Shown here: positions 1-15,945 of the stretch, piece after piece
Layout: the number at the start of each line of letters is the position of its first letter
Position numbering within the stretch: the first letter of the stretch is position 1
Assembly (NCBI RefSeq): GCF_009914755.1
Contig: NC_060928.1
Length of the DNA: 64,000 bases
Reading direction: 5' to 3' (one strand)
DNA from: the human T2T-CHM13v2.0 reference genome, Homo sapiens
Notes under the pieces: model-generated
Databases searched by the model: none
The model's input: only the letters and a program-made list of their open reading frames with translations
What the model was told of the DNA's origin: nothing
Translations under genes and position numbers: made by a program

Positions 1-1915
1 CTTTTTTTTGTTTGTATGTCAAGTCTTTATTACAGTGAAAATGAGAGGGTAGTAATATCTACTAATAAAAATCTTAGAAAACTTCAAAAAAACTCGGTAA
101 ATTTAACAATTTCAAAAATTTTCATCATTTTCTTTCTCATTTTGTTCTGCTAATTGTTACTAATGGTAAGTTTTAAATGCTTGCCTCTAAAATAAATAAA
201 GGTTTGCACAGAAAATACTAAAACAAGATTCCAAGTACTTCATAATTTCTACTTTTTAAAAAATTATTCACATGCATATACAGGCTATAAACAGAAGATA
301 TTTAGATCTTTAAATGTACATTTTTATTCATTTCAAGTTTCATCTTTTTTGTTACTTTTAGAGCAAAAATAATTTTGAATGAGCACAACCAAATAAATTT
401 ATAGTTCTCACAATTTTGATTGAATGCGTTTAGTTTAATTTACAGTCTTCACTACTAAAACTTATAAATACAAGATTCTATTACCACACTACCACTTTCT
501 GTCTATATCCTTTTCTTTTAATTTTATTTTTTAACATGAGCAACTATCCTGTTGTACCAACACGAAAGGCTATAACTCTTTTTTAAAAGAAAAAGCATGA
601 ATAAAAGAAACTTCTACGTTCAAAGTTTATGCCTTCAGGGAGCAGGGGAAGCCTCTAATTGGGCTGTGAGTGACTAATACAAAAACTTTTTATTAAGAGA
701 AAAAAATCTTCTGCTAGCAATTGTTAGGATAAGAACTTATGTGAGAAAGAAGTTGCATAAAGTCACTTTTGCTTCAATGGTATCATAATACATGATAAAA
801 AAATCGTAAGTGCCAAATAGCATTACGTGGATAACAAACACCCCAGTCACAGACTTAGATGTTATCTTATTACACATCTGGATCTCTTGTTAGCAAGTTA
901 TTAGAAAAAGGGAAAAAAATAGGAAGAGCAGGTTGGAAGAAAGAATCTTTTTGCCAGTATCACTCTAGTGCATTGTTGTAGCAAGAGAGAAATCAGCATG
1001 TTAATGCTTCAAATAAATCCTTTGAAGATGCAAAACTTGAAAGGCCAAGTGAGGGAACAAACAGACTAAACAGTCCAATTCCAGTTTGGCAGACAACTAC
1101 TTAAAGGAACATGATTTTTAATAAATAGCAGTTGTTGGCCAAAACACCATTGCATCATAAGAAATTTTGTTGTCACTAAAATGTTAGCACTCAAGTGAGA
1201 GACCCAGGGTGAGGTGGGGGAGGACAGTAAAAATTAAATTTATGATTTTTCCATGGTCTGATCTTTGCTATGAGAATTTTCAGTTAGTTTCTCTTTTAGA
1301 GGGTACACAAAGGTGAGGAGAGTTCATAAAGCGCATTAATTGGGCCCCAACTCCAGCGGGAGTGTCTCATCAGAGTAGGATCTTTAAATACCTTATAGGG
1401 GTTGTGTAAGTTTTATCTAGGATAGGTAGTTTCAGTTTGTTTCTTTCTTTGTTTCTCTTTTCTTTGGAATTTTCATTTGCCAAATTTTATTAGGGTTTGA
1501 TGGTGATTTCCTTTTGACTTACGCCTTACAAGTCATTTTACATTCTCTAATTTGAAGTCCTAAATGTTCAAAGTGAGAAAGCTACTTGCAGACCAGAATC
1601 ATAGCATCACAGTGATAAGTTTGATAAAATTCTTTTTGTCATATAGGATATTTTCTTTCATCTGTTACCAAATTTTTTGTATTTTAAATATCCCAATATC
1701 ATTTGTTTTCCGCCTGCTCCAGTCCTTCAGGGAAAGACATCTCATTTATGAACTATTTGGCTAATGCTCTGATCAGCATGGGAAATCTTAATTTTTTACT
1801 AAGCCTTAGCAAATCAGTTTCTGTCCTGTTAGCTTCAGTGCCTCACTGTAAATTATCGTCACTCTGGGGTAATTCACTGGATGCTGTCACTCTTTCTCCT
1901 ATTTGGTTTAAGCCA

Positions 1916-1942
1916 TGTGTGTGTGTGTGTGTGTGTGTGTGT
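1916..1942. repeat. (TG)n microsatellite
   Basis: Uninterrupted TG run of about 13 units. Confidence 0.95.
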
Positions 1943-2189
1943 TGGGGGACCATGTTGAGATGGTAAGTTGTGAGGAAGTGGTATAAGAACATGAGATGTT
2001 CTAAAGCAAGTCAACAATGGCTGAAAGTTTCCTTAAGCTTGAGAAGCAATACTTGTGAATTCTAAGTCATGCTGTATTCCAAGACCTGTAAACCCAGTGT
2101 TGCCCTCTGTAACCAGCTAGCAATGGGGTACACAGCATTATATTGCTATTGTTGCCTGATTTGTAGGCACACACATAATGCTAGCAATG

Positions 2190-2333
2190 AAGTCTTTATT
2201 CTTTGAGGACAGAGATAATCTCTTTTGTTTTTGTTTGTTTGTTTGAGGCTTATATCCTTAATACTTGGAGCAGTGCCATGGCATAGTTACTGACATTTAA
2301 AAAAATAAATTTATGAATGAATGAACGAATGAT
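2190..2333 (+). mobile_element. L2 LINE 3' end relic
   Basis: Degenerate 'cagtgccatggcatagt...aataaatttatgaatgaatgaacgaatga' resembles the L2 3' terminus with its (TGAA)n tail. Confidence 0.6.
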
Positions 2334-5297
2334 GGCAACCCAAAGCTAGAAAATAGGGAACCAGAAATTAACATTTCCCCTACAAATATATTTTCAATGA
2401 AACTGTTGCACCAGTTCTGTATGTCACAAATAGAAGCAACAATTCATTTCAAAAGGAAGATGCAAAGATACATTATAAAGCAATTTTCCCCATGGATAAG
2501 AAGACCCAGATTAGTTTTCCTTTTTAGAATCCATGTCATTTAATCTTCCTAATATTATTCATGAATAAAAATATTTTAGTAAAAATATTGTCATATATTT
2601 TAAAGAATTGAAAATATTTTATACATTACTGTAATTTGGTTTGCATTTATAGAATCAGAAGAATGGCACTGTAAATTCTAAATATTCCTTTATGTAAAAT
2701 GATTTGTTTGTCTTCCATATTAAGTATAATTTTATTTTAGAACTTTAATTGGTGTTTCCCTTTTCTGAAAAGGAATTATCATAAATGAGATGATATGAAG
2801 TAAATGAAAATATAGTACTCCGAAAACAGAGATATTTTACAAAAGAAAACCAAACAAATAATTAAATATAATGTAAAATAAATAAAGTAAAATGAATTCT
2901 GATACTCTAAACCTACTATATAATAAAACAATGATGAATTTTTTTGTCAGCTCAGCTGTTTATACCTGTTAGAGGGTGGGAAAGAGCAAAGTAATTAAAT
3001 TAAGAGGAAAGAAAAATCATGTGATGAACACAGGAGTGTATGAAAGAATATACTTATCACCCTGCTAAAATATTCAATATTTTACAATATTCCCATAGAG
3101 GGCAATATTGTATAAAAGATGGTGAATGAAGACTCTGCCAATTCATCTCTGTTGATATGCTTTAAAGAAAACTGCTGTTACCATAAATTTGGAGCTCCAC
3201 TTCCCCTCAAACTCTAATATATAAACTGATGCACACAAAAACATAACACAGAGTCTCATCAAAGGCAAAGAAAATTAATTTGGTATCACTTACTGGTAGA
3301 TTACTTGAGTGAATAGCCTCCAGTTTCACCTTTAATTTGATTTAATCACTGCATCTCAGATCTCAGATAGCAGATTGAATTCTCCTATATAACTTACATC
3401 TATAATACACACATGTACATATATATACACAATACCATTTAGTTTATTTGAAATATTAATAAGGTAGTGCCTTCTTCAGTGCCTGGAAAGTAAAGGTAAA
3501 CTACAGGTAACATATAAAGTGCGGCAAATTTTGTAAAATCGAAGTCTTATCAATGATTCAAATATAACTCTAAGGATCTAACCATAGAATAGGGCTGGGC
3601 CATGGAGAATGCAAAATTATACTTAGCTATATCTCTCAAATTTATTTCTATTATAAAATCATCATGCACTCATCTACCTTCCTTATTTAAATATACTCCT
3701 TTACCTTCCCCTCTTGTAACTCAAAAATAGATTGCTTCACTGTAAAACCCTTCCTCTCAAAGATGTTAAGTATATTAGAACTTGAAACATTTGCTCTTGA
3801 ATGACCTTTGTAATAACTGCTAATTTGCATTTAGCATATACTGAAAGAAAAGACATTGTGCATTCTGTAGTATCATTAAAACATACTATTATCTTAAACA
3901 TTCAATTATCTACAGATTTTAATACACATAGTGATATGGAATACATGGAATTATGAAGCATACTATAACATTCTACCTGTCTGCTATGCCACAGATGCAA
4001 TTCTACCTTCAGAGAGATGAGTCTCCTCAGTTCCCTCGTTATGAGATGTCCTATACAAGATCATTATGATTATATCCTATAAAAATTATTTTAAGGCTAA
4101 TGTAAATAAATGAAAATTAATACGACTATAAGCCAGATTTAGTCATAAGAAATATAAATCTAGTCCTTTTATTTAGGACATCCAATTTGTACCTGAATAT
4201 TAAATCAAACTAGAGTAAACTGTTTAGTTCAAATTAAATTATGTGAATCTTTAAAATAACGTTAATTACTTGTCAAGTACAACTTCTCAAGTCTAAATAA
4301 TTAATATTCTTTAATCTGCCAAAGTAACTATGGTAATCAAGCAATTCTTGTGTGTGTTTGCAGTTAAACAAGAGGTACATTTAGAACAATCTGGTTTCTT
4401 GAAATCCCTATCTCAAATTTCCAGATTACTTTGAAAGGAGTTATTCCTCCAGCATAAAGCACTATTTGGCCTGACCCTTCATGACCACTGTTAGGATGAT
4501 TAAGGGAAAAAGGCTATTTGTTGAACCTGATACTCTGAGTCACAGTTGATAGTAGAGGTTTGTTCCAATTTACTTGCTTTCATAATACATTCAATACTAA
4601 CATTATGTAATCTTCAACTCATTTTTAAAATCTTCAGAGTTTTCAAAAGATGTTCTCATAGATTATTTGATTTGAGGGTCACAATGATCCTATTATTAGT
4701 TATTGTGGTATTATATCTGCATTGTATAGGTTAGAACACTGAGACACAAGTAGCAAACCTGGGATCAGCAACAGGACTCACTAATCCTTAGCCCTGTGGT
4801 CTTTCCACTATACCAAACAGTCGTCTGAATGAACGTCCCTGGAGAATGCCCCTTTTCATTACTCTGTAAGCAGAGTGGCCTTTCAGGTGGCCATTCAAAA
4901 CCCTGTGCTTTATAATCCACTTGGTAATATATAGATAAAACAAGAGTTATGCTTTTAACCTTTCTATATGGCAAGTTACCAATAATTTGGTAGCATTGAA
5001 ATTCTGATATCTTCTCCATGAATATGTTTTATACAAATGCTTATCTATACCAAGATCTGTTCTAAAGAATAGTAGAGAAGGAAAGATTTAATTAGGCTTT
5101 AGAAATACTAGGCAGCACAGGGAATCATAGTTCATAGTCATTGGCATATGCTAAGGGGAGAATTAAAATGAGGGAAACTTGTGAGATTTTATTTTCTGTT
5201 CATTTTTATTTAAATTATACAATTTCTTTTTCTGGTTTGAAGAAAGAGGTGGATCAGAGAATTTCTCAGACCGGTGCTAAGATATCACAATCTAGAT

Positions 5298-5508
5298 CAC
5301 TGGTTGTGAAATTTTTGTGACCCACAACACAGAGACACTAAACAAGAATTTCAGAAAACAATTCTTACTTCTTAGTTGACTGTGTGCAGTGCATTTGATT
5401 TTCTTTTTTGTTCCATTCCATTCCATTCTATAAACATTTTGAAATGCTGACCTAAATCTACTAATGTAAATGCATATAAAGAGTCATGAACTGAATTTTA
5501 AAAAATGA
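5298..5508. mobile_element. hAT-Charlie-type non-autonomous DNA transposon fossil
   Basis: Identical 8-bp direct repeat ATCTAGAT at 5290-5297 and 5509-5516, matching the nTCTAGAn target preference of Charlie elements. The left end 'cactggttgtgaa' resembles the CAGTGGTTCTCAA-type TIR. Confidence 0.6.
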
Positions 5509-6229
5509 ATCTAGATTCATTATGTATTTATACAGTACTGAATATAAAAAAAGATCAAGTCATTTCCATGGTATAATAATTGGAACTTTTCCCTAATTTT
5601 TCATTTAGCTATTTTAATAATCTAAGCAGAACACCATTATTATTTCACAAAGTGACTGTCAATAGAGAATGCTATTCTTTGGGAATATAGAGGCAAAGAG
5701 GCAGACCAGGTTGTCATACAAACATGGAATTAAATGGAGCTTTGAGGTATACAATAATAGCACTGGCCTCTCTTCATGTAGACAACACCAGAATAACTAA
5801 TACGTTAATTCCTTTTAGGACTTTAATTATTTACAATTATAAATTTATAGATAAACACTTAAAAATTCCAAATTTCCAATTAAACAGGAAAAATGAGTTT
5901 TCATAAAACTGTGCAGTGTAGCACTCAGTATTTTTTCATGATTACTGTGAAAAAAATCATAGAAATGTTATCACTACCTTAATGCTATCTTACTGCTGCC
6001 TTACAAGTCTGGAAGAATTTTAGGGTGCTACTATTAAGCTCATTTAGTTGTGTACCGTTTGTAGAGTGAGAAGTTCTGACCTAATTCGAAAATTTTAAAA
6101 GGTTATTTTCTTTTGTGAAATGTGTAGCTATAATTTGAGGAAAATAATCATTGCTTCAAAATATAGAAGAAAGAAGAAAAAATGTAGCAGAATGCATGAT
6201 TTGTCTAATTATTCAGCCTTTTGTCATGT

Positions 6230-6555
6230 GACTTTGTAGTTCCTCTCAATAAGAAGGTTACCATATTTCCCCACCCCTTTTCTTTTGGTGGTGGTACATG
6301 AATCGCTGTGACAGTAGAATGAAGGGGAAGGGACATTATGCTAATTTCAGGTTTGCTTTCTTGTAATTCCATCATCACTGTGAGAAGGACATGCCAGGGC
6401 ACATGGACCAACACTGCCCAGCTTAGGTATTCTTGCCAAGACTAGCTTAGGGCAGAGCCCATAAATCACCTATATGTGCATGAGCAAGCCTAGTCAATAC
6501 CAGCAAAAGACAACCAGATCAGCTGAACCAAACAGACCTGCTGATCCATGAGCTG
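6230..6555 (+). mobile_element. Old MaLR LTR fragment (MLT1F/G/H-like)
   Basis: Motifs 'catcactgtgagaaggacatgccagggc', 'ggcagagcc', 'catgagcaagcc' and 'cagacctgctgatccatgagc' are typical of MLT1 LTRs. Confidence 0.5.
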
Positions 6556-7606
6556 CAAGGAGAATAGAGACAGAAGCAAATTATATTAATGCAATGAACA
6601 TAAAAATAAATGGAGCTTTGAGTTATATATTAATGTTCACCTCTTTATATCAGTAACAGCAAACAATATTAATTCATTTTGGTAGTACAATTGTTTGGAT
6701 TTATGGGTTTTCAGATAAAAACTTAGAAATGCATGTCTTAAAAATTTTAAAGACAAAAATGTATATTTAAGACATAAATTTTGGATAGCTTGTTACACAG
6801 AATTACTTAATTGACATAAAGTTGTTTTCTCTCCAGCTAAAGTTGTTGTAAAATATCTTATTCTACCTAATATATAGCTATATGAATTGAAGCAAGAAAA
6901 AATAATGATCATGTTTCCTTATCAGTAGAAATTGTTATATGATTTAAAAATGTTTCTATCTATAGTAAATTTTTTAAAATACTCTTTAAAATGTGAGTAA
7001 ATTTCAACCTTTTTTTTTACCCTGTTTAGGTCTGCCTATTTCCTTGGAGCAAACATATTCTTTGATTCTTAAACAATTTGCTATTTTATTGTTAAAGTAA
7101 ATATGGAGTTCAAAGCAGAAATGGCACTCATAACTCCACAGCAATGTTTGTTTGTTTCTTTTTTACTTTCAGCCAAGATATAAAGTAAAAGTCATACCTT
7201 TTTAAAGTAAGTGAATTTTTGGTACTAAATGATCCTAAATTTATGGAGGAAGACATTTTTGACTGACGTTATTTATGAATGAATTATTGGAGTACCATCA
7301 ATTTTACTGTAAAGCAGCAACTGTAAGCTAAGTAGATTTAACTATAATAAAATATATTAGCTAAAGACACTCAACCTAAGTTTTTAAGTTGATGTTAGTC
7401 TGCTTGAAATGAGGACAAATTAATATTTCATTGATTCACACTTACAGAATCATTTCACTTTGCCAAGACAAAAATGTAAAACAAAGAAAAAATACTTTGA
7501 TTTCTAATTTCAAAAATACAGTTATTGGTTTGCTGTGTCCATTTTCTATTAAAATTAAGACATATTAATACTTCTATGTAGGAAATACGTAGACAAATGG
7601 CTAGTA

Positions 7607-7953
7607 GAGTTGGCCCTCCATATCTTTGGATTCCTGACCCATGGATTCAACCAACCACAGATCCAAAATACTTTTTAAAAGAGACTGGTTGTGTGGTTGT
7701 GCTGCACTGAACACGTACTGACATTTTTCTTGTAATTATTCCTTAAACAGTACAGTGTAACAATTATTTACATAGTGCTTACATTGTATGAGTTGTTATA
7801 AGTAATCTAGAGATAACAAAGTATACTGGAGGATGTACGTATGTTATATGCAAATACTATCCCATTTTATATCAAGGACTTGAGCATTCTGTATATTTTG
7901 GCATCCACAGGAGGTTTTGGAGCCAATATTCAATGGATACTAAAGGACAACTG
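7607..7953 (-). mobile_element. MER2 (TcMar-Tigger) DNA transposon
   Basis: Near-full-length match to the reverse complement of MER2 ('ggattcaaccaaccacagatc', 'aagtaatctagaga', 'ttatatgcaaatactat..cattttatatcaaggacttgagcat'). TIR-like ends are gagttggccctcc and aaggacaactg, with TA on the left. Confidence 0.85.
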
Positions 7954-8415
7954 TGTACATCAAATCACTTATCTTTTAAGTACTGAGAAATGAGAATAAT
8001 AATCCTCAAATAATACTAGCAAGTAGTAATAATGACCACAACAATAATAGTTTCACAACTAATGTCATCAAGTAACAGAAATGCCAATAATAATAGCAAG
8101 TACTATTTTTCAAACCTTTATAGGGGTGAGGCAATGTGCTAAATGGTTTGAGTTCCCTTCATGATAATACATTTAAGACCAAATTGGGATAGGTATCGTG
8201 TGAACCTTATTAGATTGTGTAAACTATGTGTCTGTATGCATTTATAGTCTATAATTTGTTAAGAGTTAAGAATAACAGAAAGAGAAATGGAAGAGGAGGA
8301 GCAAAATGAGAATAGAGAAGAAATGAAGCCACAGCCTTATGTTAATGATTATAGCAAACTTTGAGTTAGCCTGGTATCTTCTAAGCCGTTTTATTTTATT
8401 AAAATTAATGCCCTT

Positions 8416-8750
<335 letters not shown>

Positions 8751-8769
8751 TCATTAAAAAACCTACCTC

Positions 8770-8890
8770 ATACAATACAAATGAAGATATTGAATTACAG
8801 AGGGGTTAAGTATCTAGTTTGCCCAGGGTGGTTGGCTGGCATATGAACTTGATTGGTCCAGCTTCTAAGCCCACAATTTTAACCTCAGAC
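8770..8890 (-). mobile_element. MIR relic
   Basis: 'acaaatgaagatattgaattacagaggggttaagtatct...gcccaggg' resembles the MIR core in reverse. Confidence 0.5.
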
Positions 8891-10715
8891 CACACAAATG
8901 GGAAGATACGCAGTACCCAATACCGGTAAATTTCAGTACTGTTCGGTTCTTTCACTCCCTACTTTTCAAAGCACTATTAAATCATCTAATCCTTATAGTT
9001 TAGAATGTCTGAATTATGAAACAGAGAACAATGCCACAGTGGAAAGTACAGTAAAACATTAAATTATTACTAAGATACATTTAGAGGCAATTTATTAAAA
9101 AGGAAGGAAAATCTCTGCCAGATGATAATCAATAAATTGAACAAATCAATAGCAAATTGAAATAAATGACAGAATCAAATGTTAGGATTTATCTAATCAT
9201 AAAAGAAACCAGTACATAAAGTTACCTATACAACCTGGTTTGACATGGGCAGTTATAGCTAATTCCTGCTGTTCAGGCTTAGCCTTTTCCTGAATTTTTT
9301 ATTTTCTTTGAACTAAATATAGTTGTTAATGGTTGCATATGCCAGGATGGGGTTGGTAGACTCTCACTTGCTACTGCCTGCCTTTGCCATATTCTCTTCT
9401 TGTATTGTATTAGAAACACATGCAAAGCACAGAGTTCTCACTTTAACATGTAGTTAACTATGGAAGATTACTAATTACACATCTCTTTTTTTCCTTTTGT
9501 TAGATTTTTTTCAGTCTGAACTCCCACCTGTCTTTCCACCTCAGCATTCAGGATAGTTGTTGATATAAGGAAAGTACTTGGATACTTGTAGTCAAGGACA
9601 TACCTCATGCTGAGAGGGGGGCCATGGTGGTGCTGAAGGCTGCCAGATGCATGAAGCCACCAGAATGCGTCAGTGGGATCAGCGGGAGGTAAAAGTTCTA
9701 TTTTTGTGAATGTGAAATCTGTGTGGGTAATAAATAATAAGGAGCTGTACCATAGAGTTTAAAGAGAGTTTATAGAAAGAAGTTCAAATATTTTTTCTTC
9801 TGTAGTTTGCAGTATAATTCAATGATATAATTAGCTGCTATTTATGTTACTATTTGAAAATACTTTTTATGTTGCAATAGTACTTTGCAGCAATCCGATT
9901 TTTAAAAGTCCATGTTTAATTTAAAAAAGTATTTTATTTCCCTTTTCAAAAAATGTTGATAGAATCACTAAAGGCTATGTGATATTACTTCTTATGAAGA
10001 CAACCACTGCAAGTCTGCTAAACAAGTTCTAGGAACTAGTTAAAATGTTACAGCTAGTTTAATTCAAATGTGCTCACAATGATTTATCATACAGAGCTCC
10101 AGAAGGGCACTTACATATCATTTTGTGAAGTATGTGTTTTCAATTAAATCATATGACTTCTTCTAAGCCAACTTTTATTCTTTTGAATTCTAAGATTTTT
10201 TTCTGTATGTATGAAAAATGAAATGTAAGTATTGAGCCTTTAGAATAAAAGTAGCACAAGAAGATAAAAATAATTTGAAAATAGCACATTCTGAAATGTA
10301 AAATATAAATTTTAAATTTTATAAAAATTTAATAATGGTTTGAAAATTTTTTCTCTAGTTCTTGGAATCAAAGAAAAGCTACTGGAATTTAATCTGACTT
10401 TTAGCATCATTGTACATGTTATCATAAACTCAATTAAAACTCACTATTAAAGATAAAAGGAATGGTTTTGTAATTAAAAGTGCAAGTTTTGGTAAAGCAG
10501 ATAATCATAAGAGCAACATTTTTACTAAATAAGTTATAAAGTGGAATTGGAATGTATTGAAATTGTAGTGCATAAATAATTCATAATTGATTTCAAACAA
10601 TCTAATATTTTTCTAATGCAAGATAAGGTGTGCCTTTAATAATTTTCAAATATTTGTATATATACACAGCTAGAGTTTTGAACTACAATGTTTTTGTAAA
10701 GAAGCTGATAGCTAA

Positions 10716-10803
10716 TGTTGAAAATATGTATATACATACATATTGTTGAATATATGTATATGCATACATATATAATATGTGTGTGTGTGTGTTGAATATA
10801 TAT
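10716..10803. repeat. TA/TG-rich degenerate tandem repeat
   Basis: Repeated 'tgttgaa(a)atat(at)gtatat.catacata' units followed by (TG)n. Confidence 0.7.
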
Positions 10804-10921
10804 TTAGCCTAGCAGGATGTGCTTTCTTTGCTGTGATCAATCAGATTTTAGAGGTATTTCATCTTCTGAAGAACTATTTTGTAAATCAACCTAAGTGTCC
10901 TATAAAGGTATTTATTTTTCT

Positions 10922-12106
<1,185 letters not shown>

Positions 12107-12420
12107 TAAAAAAACTTGAAACAAGCATTTGATGAAGGGAGTGCTAAAAATTTTTCATTTTCAAGGTTTACTGACATCATTGTTAACATCAAAATTTGCA
12201 AACAAAAAGCATTGAAATTAAGTTGTATAAAGGCAAAGTAAGTACTGAGTAAATCAAATTATATGATTTCAAGATATGTAGACAATTTAGTTTTTTAATG
12301 GTATATTGCACTTTGGAATATCTTGAATTGTAGGAAGAAATTCAGGGTCTTTTTATTTCATTGTATGCCTTTATATCTCATATTGGAATTTTGTAACCCA
12401 TCATTTTAAATTATATATTA

Positions 12421-12526
12421 TTTTAGGTTTTAAAAAATGTTTATGGATACGTAATAGTTGTACATATTTATGGGAAACAGGATATTTTGATACAAGCATA
12501 CAATGTGTAATAATTAAATTAGGGTA
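12421..12526 (-). mobile_element. L1MA-type 3' terminal fragment
   Basis: 'gtaatagttgtacatatttatggg...atattttgatacaagcatacaatgtgtaataat' is the L1MA 3' end in reverse. Confidence 0.75.
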
Positions 12527-15500
12527 TATTGTTGATGCATAGGAAATGACTCTTCGTGAATGCTCTCAGTGAAAATTTGGGAGTGTTTTATATTTTGCTG
12601 CAAGGGGATATCTATTGTTTTCCCAAATATAGATATTTATGCAATCTGGCCTTACCTGCCATCATTCTCATAACAGAATTATTTTCCATTAGAATTAACC
12701 TATCTCCATGTTCATATGCCGTATTAAGTCAATTAAACTTGAGGTTAGACCTTATTCCATCCTTGTTGGTATAAATAATAGAATTGGGAATATTAATATG
12801 TTGTGATAAAGTAGAATCCCAATCTAGTGATTCAGAAGACTTGAATTCCTAGGTCTGAATCTGCAAACAACTAGACCTTGGATCTTAGCATCTTTGAACA
12901 TATTTCCTGAGGAAATAAAACATTTAACATGCAGTTTACTGTCCACAATACAGCAATATTACTTTACTACTCCAGGAAACTTCTGCCCAGTAAGAATAAA
13001 AGTTGCAAATGACTTTACTATCTATTCAGGGACTTCTCAAAGATCTATTTAATGAATAACAAAGTTGTCATCTTCTCAACAGGTAATTTCAATTAACTTC
13101 TTACTCTTCATGATTCTTTAAAATGTTTGTCTAAAAGCCCTCACTCTGATGTTTCCAACAATCCTAAACTATTCCATCATAATCCCTACCCAGTGCCAAT
13201 AATGCCCTCTTCAATCCCCACATTGAAAGACTGCAAAAGTCTCATGAATATACAACCTTTAACCTCTCATTTGAGAGAAGACTATGACTCTGTTAAAATT
13301 GTGCTCCTCCTGACCAGGTAAGCAAAAAACTATCAGAGAAGTCACAGAAAGAACTAGGGGACAGAAAAAGAAGGAAGCAAGAGGCTAGCAGAGATCGAAC
13401 CCAGAGGGACTTGGTATGTTGTCAAAAGGTTAGATGGGAGTGTTTTTGGTTCCCCTCATCCCAGGGGCAGACTGCTGTTTCCAAACTATCAGAGAGCTCC
13501 CCTGCCCTCACAATCCCAAGCACTTGGTTGAGCAATGATTTGGGTACTTCTTGAGGGCATTATGCTACACTACCAGCTTGCACAGGGCCACTCGCCCTTT
13601 CTCCAAACCTGAGCTATAGTAGCAAGCTACTATGCTGGGTATATATCAATTGTGAGACTCTGCCCTGCTGGAACTGTAGCCTTTGTGTCTCCACATCACT
13701 GAATGCCCCCACAGACATTCTCCAGTACCCATTCAGATTGTGGCAGCCACACAGAGCTGGCTGGACCCAGGGGAGCTGCAGGAGTTCCAGTGGTCTAGCC
13801 CTCAGGGCGTGCTGCTGCAAAGGGAAGGGAAAGTACAGAACATCAAGAGACAAGAGCATCCCTTGAGACAAAGGAAACCAAAGCATGTATTTTGCTGTAC
13901 CTGAGAACTTCCAGCATGTGGGCTGAGAAGGACTACACCTCTTCCACTAGAGATGCAGACATTGTGCTTTGCTCCAGGCATCCTACATACTTAGACACAC
14001 ACATGGAGAGAGAAACTTTTCTTTCTTGCTCACTGCTACAGACACAGCTGTGGGTGATCCAATAGGAGACTGGCATAGGTGTACAAGTGGATGGCCATTC
14101 TAGGACTATTAGGGGTGGCAGTGCCCCCATTGGCAGTGTGTACAACAGGCTTGGGTTTGCATGAAATGCAGATCCTATCCCTACTCTACACAGAGTGGTA
14201 GCATTGCTCCAGTAGAGAGTAGGAAAGCCTCAGATCTGTGTTTGGGGCTGAAGGAGAATGTTCCACTGAAGTGGACTCCTGCCTGCCCAGGCCATGGAGC
14301 TTGGCCAGCTCCCTCACCACCTGCAAAACCCTCAGTGCATTTCATCAGCACCTTCCCTACAACCCCCATCAGGGCTGGTGCATTTTTTCACCACTGAGGG
14401 ATACAAGGGTGAGATTGGTGGACCAGCTCCATCCAGCTTTGTCCCCTCCTCAGGGGCTGAGCATGGATCTGAGGGCACTGGGTATTCCACAAACCAACCC
14501 ATTCCTTGAGGCCACAGAGAGCATCTTTTGGTAAAGAAAAAGAAGCTTATACCCATTGGTCTCTTCCACAGCCAACTTTTACCCATAAGCATCTGGCCTG
14601 GAGGTTGAACTACATACCCAATGCAAAACTTGCCGACACGAGTGTACAGCACAGGGGAATAAGATAAGCTTCCTGAGACCTCCACTATCCCAGCACCACA
14701 GGAGGCAGGGAACCTGCTCATATGCCTAATACATCACTAGTATAACCAGCATTTGAGGAAGCTACCACAAAAATCTATAACTAAGTAACTCCTACAGAGT
14801 TTTTTGGCACTAAAAGCACTCAGAACTAGAACCAAATGACCATATACAACTTGTATTATATTCACATCCTCAAGGGGAAAAGAAATCCCATCCAAATGAA
14901 AGTAAATTCAAGAAAAAAGGAAAAGATATTTTATTCAGATGGGAAGAAACCAGAAAAAGAATTCTGGTAATATGAAAAAACAGTGTTACAACATCCCCAA
15001 AGGATCACATTAACTCCAGCAAAGATCCTAACCAAAATGAAATCTTTGACATTCCTGATAAAGAATTGAAATCATTGATTTTAAAGAAGCTCAATGAGCT
15101 CCAACAGAAAGGTGAAAACCAATACAAATAAATCATAAGGATAACTTAAGATATGAGTGAAAGATTTCCTAAAGAGATAAATATTAATTTTAAAAATCCA
15201 GAACTTCTGTTAATAAAATATTCATTGAGGGAGTTACAAAATACGGTTGAAGACTTTAACATTAGACTAGTCCAAGAAGAAGAAAGAATTTCAGACCTTA
15301 AAGGCAGGTCATTTTTATTAACCCAGTCTGCCAAAAATAAAGTAAGTGGATTTTAAAAAATAAAGTTTTTGAGAAATATGGGATTATGTAAAATGTTTAA
15401 ACCTATAAATTGTAGGTATTCCTGAAAGAGAAAAGGAAAAAATAAAAGTATGTAAAATTTATTTGATGAAATAATTAAAGAAAACTTCCCTAGTCTTGTG

Positions 15501-15593
15501 AGAGATTTAGACCTCTAGATATAGAAGATCAAAGAACTTCAAGAAGCTACATTGCAAGATGAATTTCACCAATTCATATAGTCATTAGAGTAT

Positions 15594-15945
15594 TGATATG
15601 GTTTGGCTGTGTCGCCACACAAATCTCATCTTGAATTCCCATGTGTTGTGAGAAGGACTCAGTGGGAAGTAATTGAATCATGGGAGCAGGTCTTTCCCAT
15701 GTTGTTCTTGTGATGGTGAATAAGTCTCATGAGATCTGATGGTTTTATAACGGGGAATTTCCCTGAATAAGCCCTCTCTTTGCCTTCCACCATCCACGTG
15801 AGATGTGACTTGCTCCTCCTTGCCTTCCACCATGATTGTGAGACCTCCTCAGCCATGTGGAACTGTAAGTCCAAAACCTCTTTCTTCTGTAAATTGCCCA
15901 GTCTCAGGAATGTCTTTATCAGCAGTGTGAAAATGGACTAATGCA
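15594..15945 (+). mobile_element. THE1B solo LTR (MaLR) nested in L1 ORF1
   Basis: Starts TGATATGGTTTGGCTGTGTC and ends GGACTAATGCA. Perfect 5-bp TSD AGTAT (15589-15593 / 15946-15950). Confidence 0.9.

Noticed and set aside
9515-9688. Possible exon between a polypyrimidine-AG and GAG|GTAAAA
   Set aside because: Weak donor, no convincing ORF and no independent support.
10884-10900. 17-nt L1-like motif AATCAACCTAAGTGTCC next to the inverted L1
   Set aside because: Too short to distinguish from chance, and it does not match the corresponding segment of the adjacent element well.
13614-14721. Cluster of ORFs in a GC-richer tract that looks like a promoter or exon
   Set aside because: Best explained as the 5'UTR of the L1PB-type element that continues directly into ORF1 at ~14940.
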